The position numbers were made by a program, and so were the translations under genes. Source: Dehalococcoidia bacterium (GTDB lineage: Bacteria > Chloroflexota > Dehalococcoidia > Plut-88900). From it: a stretch of DNA of 64,000 nt. Under the pieces are notes generated by a model. The model was not told the origin of the DNA and did not search any database. It saw only the letters and a list, made by a program, of their open reading frames with translations. The number at the start of each line of letters is the position of its first letter. The first letter of the stretch is position 1. Location of the stretch: positions 3,296,001 through 3,360,000 of the forward strand of contig OZ240215.1 of assembly GCA_965197585.1 (NCBI GenBank), written 5' to 3'. Shown one piece after another: positions 10,134 through 19,830 of the stretch.

Positions 10134-11294
10134 CTAGTTGAACCTGTAGACCCGGGCCGCGTTTTCGCAAACGATTTTTCGGAGCACGTCTTCCGGCAAG
10201 TGCCCGAGCCCTTCCTGGATCGCCTTCCGGGAGTCTGGGAAGACTCCGTCCTGGTGAGGGTAGTCGGACCCCCACATGATGTTGTTGACACCTATACGTT
10301 CGACCTGGTCCAGCGAAACGAATTCCTGCTGGAACGTCGAATAGCCCTGCCGTTTCCAGTAGTCGGAAGGAGCTTGAGGAAGTCCTATATGGAAGAGGCG
10401 GTCCTTGTATTCGTTGTCAGTGCGTTCAAGGACGTAGGGCAGCCACCCGATCCCACACTCCCCTAATACGAAGTTGAATCCCGGATATTTCTCGCAGGCG
10501 CCCGATAGAAGGACGCTCACCAGGAACTCCGCCCCCGATAGCTGGAACAAGATATACAGGAGGCCAGTGTCCACCCACTCGTACCTTTCCCGCTCCGCCG
10601 CCTCGGGTTTCGCGTAATTGAGGCCCAGTGTATGGAAGGAGATGGGCATCTCGCACTCGGCGGCGGTGTCCCAGAGCACGTCCCAGTCCTCGTGATAGAT
10701 TGGCTTCCTCATCTGCGAAACGTTGACCTCTGCGCCTCTCAGTCCCAGCCCCGCCGCCCTCCGCAACTGCCGCGCCGAGACCTGGGGGTCGTAGGAGGTA
10801 ATGCAGGCTAGGCCAGCCATCCTCTGTTCATAACCCGTGACTAGCCCTGCAACGTATTCATTATAAATGTCGTATATGGTTGTGAGCGTTTCCGCCTCAG
10901 GCCCCGAGTCGATAAACATGCCTCCGCCGATTCCCAGAATGCCGTATATCACCTCCGCGTCAATCCCATCGATATTCTGGTCACTAACTCTGAGTTCGGG
11001 ATCTACAGGGTGATATATGCCCTCGGCCACCCCGTCGAAGAACCCGACCTCTGCCATCCGGTCCATATGGACCGATTCCCCCGGCGCATAGCCTTGGCCC
11101 TCGCGGACACCGGCGCTGTCGGACCCGACGGCGCAGAACTCGCTGCCCTGTACGAACCAATAGTTGCCGCGGTCCAGCGTTTGGACATTTGGCATGTGGG
11201 GTTTCTGCGCCTCGGGAGCCCGAGAGACGAACAGATCATGGGGCAGCCAGCGCAAGTCCATGTGTGTGTCTGCTGAGATAATCTCGTAAGCCAT
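10134..11294 (-). CDS. amidohydrolase-2 family protein (close tandem paralogue of 8803..9984)
   Basis: Same motifs; very similar protein and DNA. Confidence 0.9.
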   Translation of the reverse strand: MAYEIISADTHMDLRWLPHDLFVSRAPEAQKPHMPNVQTLDRGNYWFVQGSEFCAVGSDSAGVREGQGYAPGESVHMDRMAEVGFFDGVAEGIYHPVDPELRVSDQNIDGIDAEVIYGILGIGGGMFIDSGPEAETLTTIYDIYNEYVAGLVTGYEQRMAGLACITSYDPQVSARQLRRAAGLGLRGAEVNVSQMRKPIYHEDWDVLWDTAAECEMPISFHTLGLNYAKPEAAERERYEWVDTGLLYILFQLSGAEFLVSVLLSGACEKYPGFNFVLGECGIGWLPYVLERTDNEYKDRLFHIGLPQAPSDYWKRQGYSTFQQEFVSLDQVERIGVNNIMWGSDYPHQDGVFPDSRKAIQEGLGHLPEDVLRKIVCENAARVYRFN

Positions 11295-11375
11295 GACGAC
11301 TCCTTTCGGTTCCCTCCAGGCGGCCCGTCAATGCCTGGGCCCGACTATCTTATGACTTCGCTAAATCAAGGCCCA

Positions 11376-12152
11376 TCAATGGAAGCGTGGGTCTCTCTTC
11401 TCCCGGAAGGCAGCGATGGCCTCGCTATGTTCCGGTGTCGCCATCGACCGGACGAATATTTCCGCCTCGTGGCGGTCTATGGAATCGAAGTCCTGGGCGA
11501 TAGAGTTGTCCCGGAGCATCCGTTTGGTCTCTGCTAGCTGCCAGGCCGGGGCCTCAGCGATGGATTGAGCTAGCGCGACGGCTTGGTCCGACACCTCTTC
11601 TTTCGGATAGGTCTCCAGTACCAGGCCCATGTCCTTGGCCTCTTGGCCCGTGAAGAACCGGCCGGTTAACATAACTTCGTTGGCTCGCTGAAGCCCGACA
11701 AGACGAGGCAGCGTGTGCGTGCTCCCGAGCTCCGGCGTGAGCCCCAGCCGCACGAATCGGAATGACAGCTTGGCGTCCGGAGCGGCCAGCCGAATGTCGC
11801 AGAGTAGCGTACAGGTTATGCCAAGCCCGACCGCTACCCCGTTTATGGCAGCGATGGTGGGCTTCGACATGGATCGCAGAGTCAGATACCAGAGGTCGGA
11901 TTCCCGGCTTGAATCGCCATCGGGTGCCGAGAGCTGGCGCTCGAAATTCGATATGTCCGCCCCCGAGCAGAACGCCCGACCCGCTCCTGTGAGCACTATC
12001 GCACCCACCGAATCATCGGTCTCCCAGGCCTCCAACTGCTCACGGACCTCAATTCCCATCTCGGGGATCATGGCGTTTAGCCTATCGGGCCGGTTGAATG
12101 TGATTATTCCGACTCGACCCTTCTGCTCGGCAGTAATATATTCGTGGCTCAT
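11376..12152 (-). CDS. enoyl-CoA hydratase/isomerase family protein
   Basis: NRPDRLNA, AFCSGAD, KPTIAAINGVAVG, AFREKRDP. Confidence 0.93.
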   Translation of the reverse strand: MSHEYITAEQKGRVGIITFNRPDRLNAMIPEMGIEVREQLEAWETDDSVGAIVLTGAGRAFCSGADISNFERQLSAPDGDSSRESDLWYLTLRSMSKPTIAAINGVAVGLGITCTLLCDIRLAAPDAKLSFRFVRLGLTPELGSTHTLPRLVGLQRANEVMLTGRFFTGQEAKDMGLVLETYPKEEVSDQAVALAQSIAEAPAWQLAETKRMLRDNSIAQDFDSIDRHEAEIFVRSMATPEHSEAIAAFREKRDPRFH

Positions 12153-12314
12153 TGACTGACCTCCCGGATTTGGCCCGTGTTTCGCTTACACCGTCTCGAC
12201 GTCCGGTAGTATAAGGCAGGACGTTGCGTTGCGGGTCACGCTTTTCCCTCACTGCACTTGATTTTCCAAAGGCCTCTTAGTGCCGTGGCCCTTGTCGTTG
12301 TATAATCTCCCCGA

Positions 12315-12389
12315 TCCCCGATAGCTCAATGGTAGAGCGAGCGGCTGTTAACCGCTAGGTTGCAGGTTCGAGCCCTGCTCGGGGAGCCA
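12315..12389 (+). tRNA. tRNA-Asn(GUU)
   Basis: TCCCCGA/TCGGGGA stem, anticodon loop CTGTTAA, GGTTCGAGCCC, CCA; TATAAT at 12301. Confidence 0.96.
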
Positions 12390-12406
12390 ACCGCCTTCCA
12401 CGTGCC

Positions 12407-12673
12407 ATGTTCACCGTCTATGTGTTGCAAAGCTCGTCCACGCACAAGTTCTACACTGGACAAACTGGGGACTTGCAGCGCCGTCTTCTCGAGCATCAAT
12501 GCGGTTGTTCGACATATACAAAGGCCCGAGGCCCGTGGGTGTTGGTACACTCGGAAGACTGGGAGACGAGGAAGCAAGCAGTGGCCCGGGAGCGGTTCCT
12601 CAAGTCCGGGACTGGGCGGCACTGGCTCAAGCTCCATCTCAAAGGTAGAGCGAGTCCGCCCGAGGCGGATTAA
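12407..12673 (+). CDS. small stand-alone GIY-YIG nuclease
   Basis: VYVLQS..FYTGQT.DL.RRL.EH, YTKARGPW.LV, ARERFLKSG.GR. Confidence 0.9.
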   Translation: MFTVYVLQSSSTHKFYTGQTGDLQRRLLEHQCGCSTYTKARGPWVLVHSEDWETRKQAVARERFLKSGTGRHWLKLHLKGRASPPEAD

Positions 12674-12711
12674 CCGCTAGGTTGCAGGTTCGAGCCCTGC
12701 TCGGGGAGCCA
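12638..12711 (+). pseudogene. partial duplicate of tRNA-Asn with a 15-nt hairpin replacing part of the anticodon arm
   Basis: CTCAA.GGTAGAGCGAG + TCCGCCCGAGGCGGA + TTAACCGC...GGGGAGCCA; 3' part identical to the tRNA. Confidence 0.88.
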
Positions 12712-12753
12712 ACACCCTCGCCCCTTCCTCTTGTGATCCTTAAGCCCTAACGC

Positions 12754-12789
12754 AATCGCCCCCCGGGCCCCGTGACCCGGCGGGCGATT
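12754..12789. terminator. GC-rich hairpin between convergent transcription units
   Basis: AATCGCCC...GGGCGATT inverted repeat. Confidence 0.5.
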
Positions 12790-12814
12790 CTTCGATCTCT
12801 ATCTTCGTCCTGCT

Positions 12815-15800
12815 CTAGCCCGAGAAGTATAGAACAAGCACCGCCAGCACGTCGTCCTTGCTGATCTCGCCGTCGAAGTAGTCGCTTACCGCTCGGATAG
12901 CTTCACTTCTCTCTATGCTCTCGTTCCTGTTGGCATCGTACTCGCTTAGCAGTTCCATTTGAGCCACACCCGAGCTCGTTGCCGCCTGCGCACTCTTACC
13001 AGTCCCGACTGCATCGTCGTAGCTGACCGTGGCCCGCAGGAATATGCCCGCGTCACTCTCTCCCGGCGTGTAGCTCGCCGACGTAGCTCCCTGGATGTCC
13101 GTCCACCCTGTGGAGCCGTTACTCGACTTCGCCCATTGCCAGGTTGCTCCCGTGACCCCGCCGTCGGGGTCCGACAGAGTTGCCGTGATCTCACTCCCGA
13201 CCTCCGGCGTCCTTGTCGAAAGCGTTACCGTACCGTCATCGTCTTCTGCGACTGCGGCTGCCGTCACGGCATTCGCGCTCTTCCCGGGGCCCACCGAGTC
13301 TGTGTAGCTCGCCGTGGCCCGCAGGTAGCTGCCCACATTGGCGGTCGTCGCCGTGTAGCTGTTGGACGTAGCATTCAATATGAACACCCAGTTTGACGTG
13401 CCGTTGCGGGACATCTCCCATTGCCAAGTGACTCTCCTTACACCGCCGTCGGGATCGTCGATCCTAGCCGTCACAATGTCCCCGGCTGTCGGCATCGTCT
13501 CCGACAGGGTCACCCTTCCGTCGTCGTCCAGTGCCACCGCCGCCGTCGTGACCGCTTCGGCACTCTTGCCTGGCCCCGCTGCATCTGTGTAGCTCGCAGT
13601 CGCCCGCAGGTAGCTCCTCACATCCGCCGCCACGGTGGTATACGTGGACGAATTTGCTCCTATTATTGTTCTCCAGTTCGTCGTCCCGTTGGAGGAGAAG
13701 GCCCACGTCCACGTGACACCTGTTACTCTGCCGTCGGGGTCCGACAACACCGCCGTTACCCTCTCGCCTACCTCTGGGCTCGAAGGGGACAGGGTCACCG
13801 ACCCGTCGTCGTCCTCCGTCACCGCCGCTGCCGTGATGACCTCCGCGGTCTTGCCGGCGCCCGCGGCATCGTCATAGATAACCGTGGCCCGCAGGTATTT
13901 GCCCAGGACGCCCGCAGCAACCGTGTATGTCGCTGAATTGGCGCCGGCTATGCTCGTCCAGTTGCTCGTGCCGTTGGAGGAGGTCGCCCATTGCCAGGTT
14001 GCTCTCGTGACCCCGCCGTCGGGGTCCGTCAGCGTAGCAGTTACCGTTTCCCCGACCGTCGGCTCCGTCGGAGACAGCGCCACTACCCCGTCGTCGTCCT
14101 CCACTACAGCCGACGTGGTTACCGCCTCTGCGCTTTTGTCCGTGCCGTCTCCGTCATCATAGCTCGCCGTGGCCCGCAGGAAGGTACCCACGTCCGCCTC
14201 AGCTGCCGTGTAGGTTGACAACGTGGCCCCCGGTATGTCCAGCCAACCCGAGGTACTGCTCTCCGAACTGGCCCACTGCCAGGTCAGGTTTCTTATGTTT
14301 CCGTCCGGGTCCGTCAACCTCGCCGTAACACTGTCACCCACTGCCACCCGGTCCGCACTCAGCGTCACCCTGCCGTCGTCGTCCGCCAGCACCGCCGCAG
14401 TGGTTCTCGCACTGGCGCTCTTGCCCCCGCCCTCGGGGTCCGAGTAGTAGGCCGTCGCCTGCACGTAGTAGCCCCTGTCCTCCGCATCGAGGATGTAGCT
14501 ATCCGAGTTCGTCCCGGGGATCGGCGTCCACCCCGTCAACCCGGTCTCCGACCTCTCCCACTCCCAGCTTACGCTTGTCGGATCGCCATCGGGGTCCGTC
14601 AACTCGGCAGTGATCCGGGCCCCGATGGTGCCCCGCGTGGGCGTCAGCTTCACCTCTCCCTCTTCGTCGACGTTGTACACGTCTACCGTCACGTCCAACG
14701 CGTCCATCTCCCTGCCGGAGCGCGCCGTCACCGTCAGCTCGTATACGTTGTCCTTGTCCGAGTCCGCGGGGGACTCGAAGTTGGGCGTCGACCTGAAGGA
14801 CAGCGCCCCGCGGCTGTTTATCGAGAAGTCGGAGGCGTCGGTTCCGCTGAGCCTCCAGCTGACGTTGCCGGAATTCGGCCCCAGCGCCGAGTAGTCCGCC
14901 ACCCTGTCCCTGCCCTTCTCCGGGAAGCTGATGCTTCCGCGTCCCACCGCCACCAGCCCCGTCCTGGACAGCGTCGGCGTCTCGTCCACGTCTATCACGT
15001 CGATCGTCACCCTGATTGTATCGGACCTGCCGGACGGGTCCACGGCCCTGACGGTCACGCTGTACCTGTTCTTGGTCTCGAAGTCCAACTCAGTCCCGGC
15101 CGCCACGCTGATTTGGCCGGTGCCCCGGTCGATTGTGAAGTAGCGTGTGTCGCCGCCACTCAGCGAGTACTCCAATGTGTCGCGTGTACCATTAGAACAG
15201 TCTTGGGGATCGACATCGCAGTCCACGGCCGTAACTGTGTCGCCCACGATGTTGTCGATTGCATCGTTGGAGAGTACATCCTCCCGCACTTCTTTCGTGA
15301 CGCTAGCGCCTTCGAACTCCGGAGCTTCGTTGTTTCCATCCTCCATTTCTACAATGTTCGCAGTCGGTTCTGATGCGACCTTTTTACTGCCTTCCCCGTC
15401 TGAGTAGCTGGCCACGGCGGTTAAAGTTGCCCCAACGTCGGTATTACCCGTAATTACCTTCGGAGTGTAGCGAGATGAAGTGGCGCCAGAGATTAAGCAG
15501 TCTGTATCATTGTCGACGGCGCAGGTATTAGTTGGTAAGCTGTCCGGATTGACGTTTCTGTACCACTGCCAACGAACGCTTTTTTCCCTGTCCGGATCGC
15601 TCAGGCTGGCCGTCAGCGGCGTCCTGACCTCCGGCTCCGTGTGCGACAACCTCACCGTTCCTTTCTCTCCCACGTTCTCAACGGTTATCTTCACCTTCAC
15701 AGAAGCCGTATTGCCCGCCTCATCGGCGGCCTGCACCGTGACTTCGTACACGTTGTTGCGGCCCGAGTCCGTCGCCGCTTCGTAGTCCGGCCCGCTCTTG

Positions 15801-18800
15801 AAAGTTAGAGTGCCATTGTCGAGGTTGAAGTCGTCGGCGTCCGTCCCGGCCAGCGTCCAGGTAAGGGTGGCGTTGTTGGTGCCTGCAGTATTGGGAGCTG
15901 TATCTTTTTCAGGGTCGTCGGCCAAAAAGGCGATGCTCAAGCTTGTAGTGGCGGCATCGGCGACCGATTCCCTATTACTGGAAACAACCAGCTCGGAGTG
16001 TGTGAATCCCGAGTCGAGGTCCCCTCCGGATGTTCCGGTTATATTGGCGACCGGTAAGGTCAGCACCGGAAGTTCGTTCACATCTTTGACGTTGATGGTA
16101 ACGGTTATGAGGTCCCTTGACTCGGCGCCTGTTGTGTCGGATGGGTCTCTGGCGGTAACCGTGACGGTATAAGACTCCTTTGTCTCGTGGTCCAAGTCTG
16201 TATCACGCTTGACCTTTATCTGCCCCGTTCTCTGGTCTATTTCGAACGAGGCGACATCGGTGCCACCTAACTCATAGGTCAAATTTTCCGGCCTCCCCCT
16301 GTCCCCAATGTCCGTAGCCGCAACCGGGGCGCCCACGTTGGTCCCCGCTCTAGCATTCTCGTTTACTTCCCTTGTAGTGGTTTCCACATCATCGCCGGTC
16401 TCCGGGTCCTGGAATTCGGGCGGACCCGATTCCTTCCACTGCGTCGTGTTGTTCGAGACGACATAGGCGCTCTTGCCTCCGTCATGCGCGTCCGTGTAGG
16501 TCACCGTCGCCCGCAGGTACATCCCTGTATCGTCATTTTTCGGGGTGTAGGTTGCCTGGCTCGCACCCTGTATGTCTGTGAATCCCCCGCTCCTGGATGA
16601 AGACCTGGCCCATTGCCATGCATCGCCGGATACACCCTCGTCGAGGTCCGTAAGGGTAGCCGTTAGCCCGGCCTCCTCCCTCGGCTGCTGGCTCAAGGCA
16701 ACCTTACCCTTCTCGTCCACGTTAATGATGGCGATCGTTATGTCCTCAGTGTCGGTGTGGGCGGTATTGCCGTCACTCGCATTCACTATAACCGAGTACG
16801 CATTCTCATCCTCGTAGTCTGGAGATTCTCTGAACCTCAAAACGCCGCGGACAAGCGTGAACTCGTCTGCATCGGTCCCTGTCAAGGTCCACTCTATGCT
16901 CCTTCCCTCGGGGTCATCCGCCCTGTACGTAGCTACGGTGCCCCTGCCGTTCTCCGCGTAGTATATGTACACGTCTCCCGACGTGATTGACGGCGCGTCG
17001 TCCACGTCATCCACCACTATGGTCAGGGAATGGGTGTCCCTTGCCCCGCTGGGGTCCTCCGCTGTTACCGTAACCCTGTAGCTGGACCTCTTCTCGTGGT
17101 CTAGCACGGCCCTCGTTTTGATCTGCCCCGTATCCTGCTCAATCGAGAAGGCCGAATCGCCGCCGCTGATTGAATACGTCAAATCATCGTTGTCCGGGTC
17201 CTCTGCCCTCACCTCCCCATCGACATTCTCTCTCACCGGCTCGTTCTCGCGTATGGTCAGACTGGCCGGTGCCGCGGTGAACCTTGGGCTTTGATTCCCA
17301 CCGGACGGCCGATCATCAACACTGGCCTTACTGTCAACAGACAATGTCTGCCTTTCGCCCGTTCCGTCGGTGTAGGTGACACTCACCTCCAACGTCCTGT
17401 TTATATCTGCTGTCTTTGGGGTATAGGCATTGGCCCTGGACTCAACGTTGGTGCTTATTTTCCAAGTCCAGATCAGGTTGCTTATCGGTGTGTCGGGGTC
17501 CGTCAAAGTGGGAGTTATTCTGGTCCCCACCTGCGGGTACAGGTTGGACACGGTCAATAGCCCCGGTTCATCCTCATTCTCGACGTGTACGGTCACGTCC
17601 CGGGTTGTCTTATTGCCTCCCCTGTCCGTGACCTCCACCGTCACCTCGTACACGTTGTCCCGGTCCGAGTCCGTCGGCGCTTCGTAGTCCGGGGCCTCCC
17701 TGAAGGTCAGCCGGCCATGCTCGTCGGCGAGGTTGCCGATGGAGAACCTGGCCGCATCCCGGCCCGAGAGCGACCACTTCAGAGACGCAGGGTTATCGCC
17801 GTCCGGGTCTTCGGCCTCATAGCTGGACACCTCCGTGCCAATGGACGTGTTCTCATCATAATCTACCGAAGTGCTTCCCGCCGTGATTATCGGGGCTTCG
17901 TCCACGTCCGTAACCGTGATGGTCACGCCTATTTCGGCACTTCCACCGGACGGGTCCGTAGCCTTGACCGATACCGAGTGTGTGCTCCCGCCCGTAGCTT
18001 CGTAGTCCAGCGCAGCCTTCACCCTTATCTGCCCCGTCCCGCTGTCTATGTCGAAGTTTCTGTCGTCGGCGCCCGACAACACGTAGGTCAGGGTTTCCTG
18101 CCGTCCGTCGAAGCCCGGGTCCGTTGCCGTCACCGGCGCACCCACCACCGTCCCCGCCTCCGAGTTCTCCGCCACGCTCCTGGTTGTGCGCGTTATAACT
18201 TTCCCATTCTCATCCAGGAATCTGGGAGCTTTGTTGCTGGGGTCCGCCTGCACCGGGTTGACCGAGATGGCCTCGGCCGTCTTCTTGGGCTCGCACGGCT
18301 CGCAGTGACCGTCTTGGTAGGTCGCCGTCGCCCGGAGGTACATCCCCACGTCGTCTTCCGTCGGAGTGTAGGAGGGCTCCGTCCCCTCCACTTTCATCGT
18401 CGTGCTTGCATCGTCTTTGACGTCCGTCCAGCCCCCCGTCGCCCGAGTCGAACGCGACCATTGCCACGCTGTGTTGGCATCGCTGGTCAAGCCGATAGTG
18501 GTGACGGGGAAGGTGCGCGTGCCTGTGACCCGTGGGCCGTCCGCGTCCGTAAGCGTCGCAGTTATATCCACGCTCTCCTGGGGCTGCAGTGTGGAGAGAT
18601 CAACCTCTCCATCCTCATCCACGTTCGTCACCGACACCCTTATTGTCTTGGTGACGGGCCGAATAACAGGACGTAGGGATGCTCTGTTAGTGTCAGTAAT
18701 AAAGTCTGCATCGGTGTCCGTGGCCCGGATCGTCACCGCGTACATGTTGTTTGTGTCGGCGTCCACCGGGGCCTCGTAGTCCGGCGTATTGACGAACGTC

Positions 18801-19069
18801 AGCCGTCCCTCGCTGATTTCAAAGTCTCCGGCGTCGGTTCCCGACAGCGCGTTCCACGTCACGCCCTTCTCCTCGGGGTCCAAGGCCGTCAACACGATCA
18901 CCGCCCCGCTCTCCTCCTCCGGGTACTCGATGCAGTAGTCTTCGTCGCACCGCGCCTGCCCCTCCCCCAGCCCCCCGCTCATCAGAAACACCGCCACCGC
19001 CCCGGCCAACAACACCAGGCTCAGCGCCCCCCGCCCCACCCATCCTTTTAATATAGACGAATGCATCAT
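12815..19069 (-). CDS. giant secreted cadherin/Ig-repeat protein with C-terminal EF-hand/dockerin-like module
   Basis: N-terminal hydrophobic signal; many LDYE/PDYE, ATDPD, VTNVDE cadherin-like motifs; tandem ~87-aa L.DPDG..WQW..YLRATASY repeats; ends YDANRNESIERSE...LYFSG. Confidence 0.88.
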   Translation of the reverse strand: MMHSSILKGWVGRGALSLVLLAGAVAVFLMSGGLGEGQARCDEDYCIEYPEEESGAVIVLTALDPEEKGVTWNALSGTDAGDFEISEGRLTFVNTPDYEAPVDADTNNMYAVTIRATDTDADFITDTNRASLRPVIRPVTKTIRVSVTNVDEDGEVDLSTLQPQESVDITATLTDADGPRVTGTRTFPVTTIGLTSDANTAWQWSRSTRATGGWTDVKDDASTTMKVEGTEPSYTPTEDDVGMYLRATATYQDGHCEPCEPKKTAEAISVNPVQADPSNKAPRFLDENGKVITRTTRSVAENSEAGTVVGAPVTATDPGFDGRQETLTYVLSGADDRNFDIDSGTGQIRVKAALDYEATGGSTHSVSVKATDPSGGSAEIGVTITVTDVDEAPIITAGSTSVDYDENTSIGTEVSSYEAEDPDGDNPASLKWSLSGRDAARFSIGNLADEHGRLTFREAPDYEAPTDSDRDNVYEVTVEVTDRGGNKTTRDVTVHVENEDEPGLLTVSNLYPQVGTRITPTLTDPDTPISNLIWTWKISTNVESRANAYTPKTADINRTLEVSVTYTDGTGERQTLSVDSKASVDDRPSGGNQSPRFTAAPASLTIRENEPVRENVDGEVRAEDPDNDDLTYSISGGDSAFSIEQDTGQIKTRAVLDHEKRSSYRVTVTAEDPSGARDTHSLTIVVDDVDDAPSITSGDVYIYYAENGRGTVATYRADDPEGRSIEWTLTGTDADEFTLVRGVLRFRESPDYEDENAYSVIVNASDGNTAHTDTEDITIAIINVDEKGKVALSQQPREEAGLTATLTDLDEGVSGDAWQWARSSSRSGGFTDIQGASQATYTPKNDDTGMYLRATVTYTDAHDGGKSAYVVSNNTTQWKESGPPEFQDPETGDDVETTTREVNENARAGTNVGAPVAATDIGDRGRPENLTYELGGTDVASFEIDQRTGQIKVKRDTDLDHETKESYTVTVTARDPSDTTGAESRDLITVTINVKDVNELPVLTLPVANITGTSGGDLDSGFTHSELVVSSNRESVADAATTSLSIAFLADDPEKDTAPNTAGTNNATLTWTLAGTDADDFNLDNGTLTFKSGPDYEAATDSGRNNVYEVTVQAADEAGNTASVKVKITVENVGEKGTVRLSHTEPEVRTPLTASLSDPDREKSVRWQWYRNVNPDSLPTNTCAVDNDTDCLISGATSSRYTPKVITGNTDVGATLTAVASYSDGEGSKKVASEPTANIVEMEDGNNEAPEFEGASVTKEVREDVLSNDAIDNIVGDTVTAVDCDVDPQDCSNGTRDTLEYSLSGGDTRYFTIDRGTGQISVAAGTELDFETKNRYSVTVRAVDPSGRSDTIRVTIDVIDVDETPTLSRTGLVAVGRGSISFPEKGRDRVADYSALGPNSGNVSWRLSGTDASDFSINSRGALSFRSTPNFESPADSDKDNVYELTVTARSGREMDALDVTVDVYNVDEEGEVKLTPTRGTIGARITAELTDPDGDPTSVSWEWERSETGLTGWTPIPGTNSDSYILDAEDRGYYVQATAYYSDPEGGGKSASARTTAAVLADDDGRVTLSADRVAVGDSVTARLTDPDGNIRNLTWQWASSESSTSGWLDIPGATLSTYTAAEADVGTFLRATASYDDGDGTDKSAEAVTTSAVVEDDDGVVALSPTEPTVGETVTATLTDPDGGVTRATWQWATSSNGTSNWTSIAGANSATYTVAAGVLGKYLRATVIYDDAAGAGKTAEVITAAAVTEDDDGSVTLSPSSPEVGERVTAVLSDPDGRVTGVTWTWAFSSNGTTNWRTIIGANSSTYTTVAADVRSYLRATASYTDAAGPGKSAEAVTTAAVALDDDGRVTLSETMPTAGDIVTARIDDPDGGVRRVTWQWEMSRNGTSNWVFILNATSNSYTATTANVGSYLRATASYTDSVGPGKSANAVTAAAVAEDDDGTVTLSTRTPEVGSEITATLSDPDGGVTGATWQWAKSSNGSTGWTDIQGATSASYTPGESDAGIFLRATVSYDDAVGTGKSAQAATSSGVAQMELLSEYDANRNESIERSEAIRAVSDYFDGEISKDDVLAVLVLYFSG

Positions 19070-19227
19070 AGCTACACCTTGCTTACTTCTCTCATCCCGA
19101 GGCCCCGAGAATGGGATCCAGGACTTGCGCAGTAACCGCTCAGCCTGCCCTCCAATAGTTAGATAGGAACGCCGAGCCCAATAAAAAAACTACTTCATTC
19201 TTCGCACAAGTCTTAAACCTAATCCGA

Positions 19228-19256
19228 ATTCTCTCAATCACCAAAGCATATGTCAA
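19228..19256 (-). promoter_or_regulatory. putative sigma70 promoter of the giant cadherin gene
   Basis: TTGACA-17-GAGAAT on minus strand. Confidence 0.5.
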
Positions 19257-19283
19257 CTTATCCCCCCATCCGATGGGAGCCAG

Positions 19284-19477
19284 TCCGCCTTAGGCGGATC
19301 ATTCCTGCCCCCGAGCCGGAATCCATCCCCCTCCCCCCAGTACTGAATTAGAGGTCCACGTGCGTGCCCTGCACGCACGTGGACCTCTATTCTTATCTCC
19401 CCCTCTCCCTTGAAGGCCCTAAGGGTCGAAGATGCGCCTGTGGCGTGAGAGGGGGATCAAGGGGGTGAGGGTTCCCC
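19284..19477. repeat. cluster of palindromic repeats (15-nt hairpin, TCATTCC..GGAATC REP, 19-bp perfect hairpin, CCCTCTCCC..GAGAGGG REP)
   Basis: Read directly; homologous to 20311..20475, 38806..38855 and 60580..60609. Confidence 0.8.
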
Positions 19478-19746
19478 CGTGGGGCTGGGGCGGTGTCCCC
19501 CCAAAAGTGACACGAACCCCTTGACTGCATGCGCACACATGTACTATATTCACCCCCGGCTAGCTAGTCACACACCTAAACCCAAAGGAGGAACACACAA
19601 CCCAGGGGGAACACCAGCCCCGACTCACCCTGCCCCCTGCTTCCAGGCGATGGAAGGCCCAAAAACTTGTTCGGCAAGCCCTCTTCAGAGGCCCCTGCCG
19701 ATGCGCTTCCCATTATAGGATGCGTCTATCCCCGGCCCCTCGCGTG

Positions 19747-19830
19747 CCGGGTTCCCGGGTAGGTCTACCGGCCCCCGGGTTCCCGGGTAGGTCTACCGGC
19801 CCCCGGACTCCCGGGTAGGTCTACCGGCCC
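19747..19830. repeat. 28-bp tandem repeat x3
   Basis: CCGGGTTCCCGGGTAGGTCTACCGGCCC, third copy with 2 changes; no spacers. Confidence 0.9.

Noticed and set aside
12638-12711. Functional second tRNA or intron-containing tRNA
   Set aside because: Lacks the 5' acceptor strand, and six tRNA bases are replaced rather than merely interrupted.
19747-19830. CRISPR array
   Set aside because: 28-bp units are directly adjacent with no spacers; no cas genes in the window.
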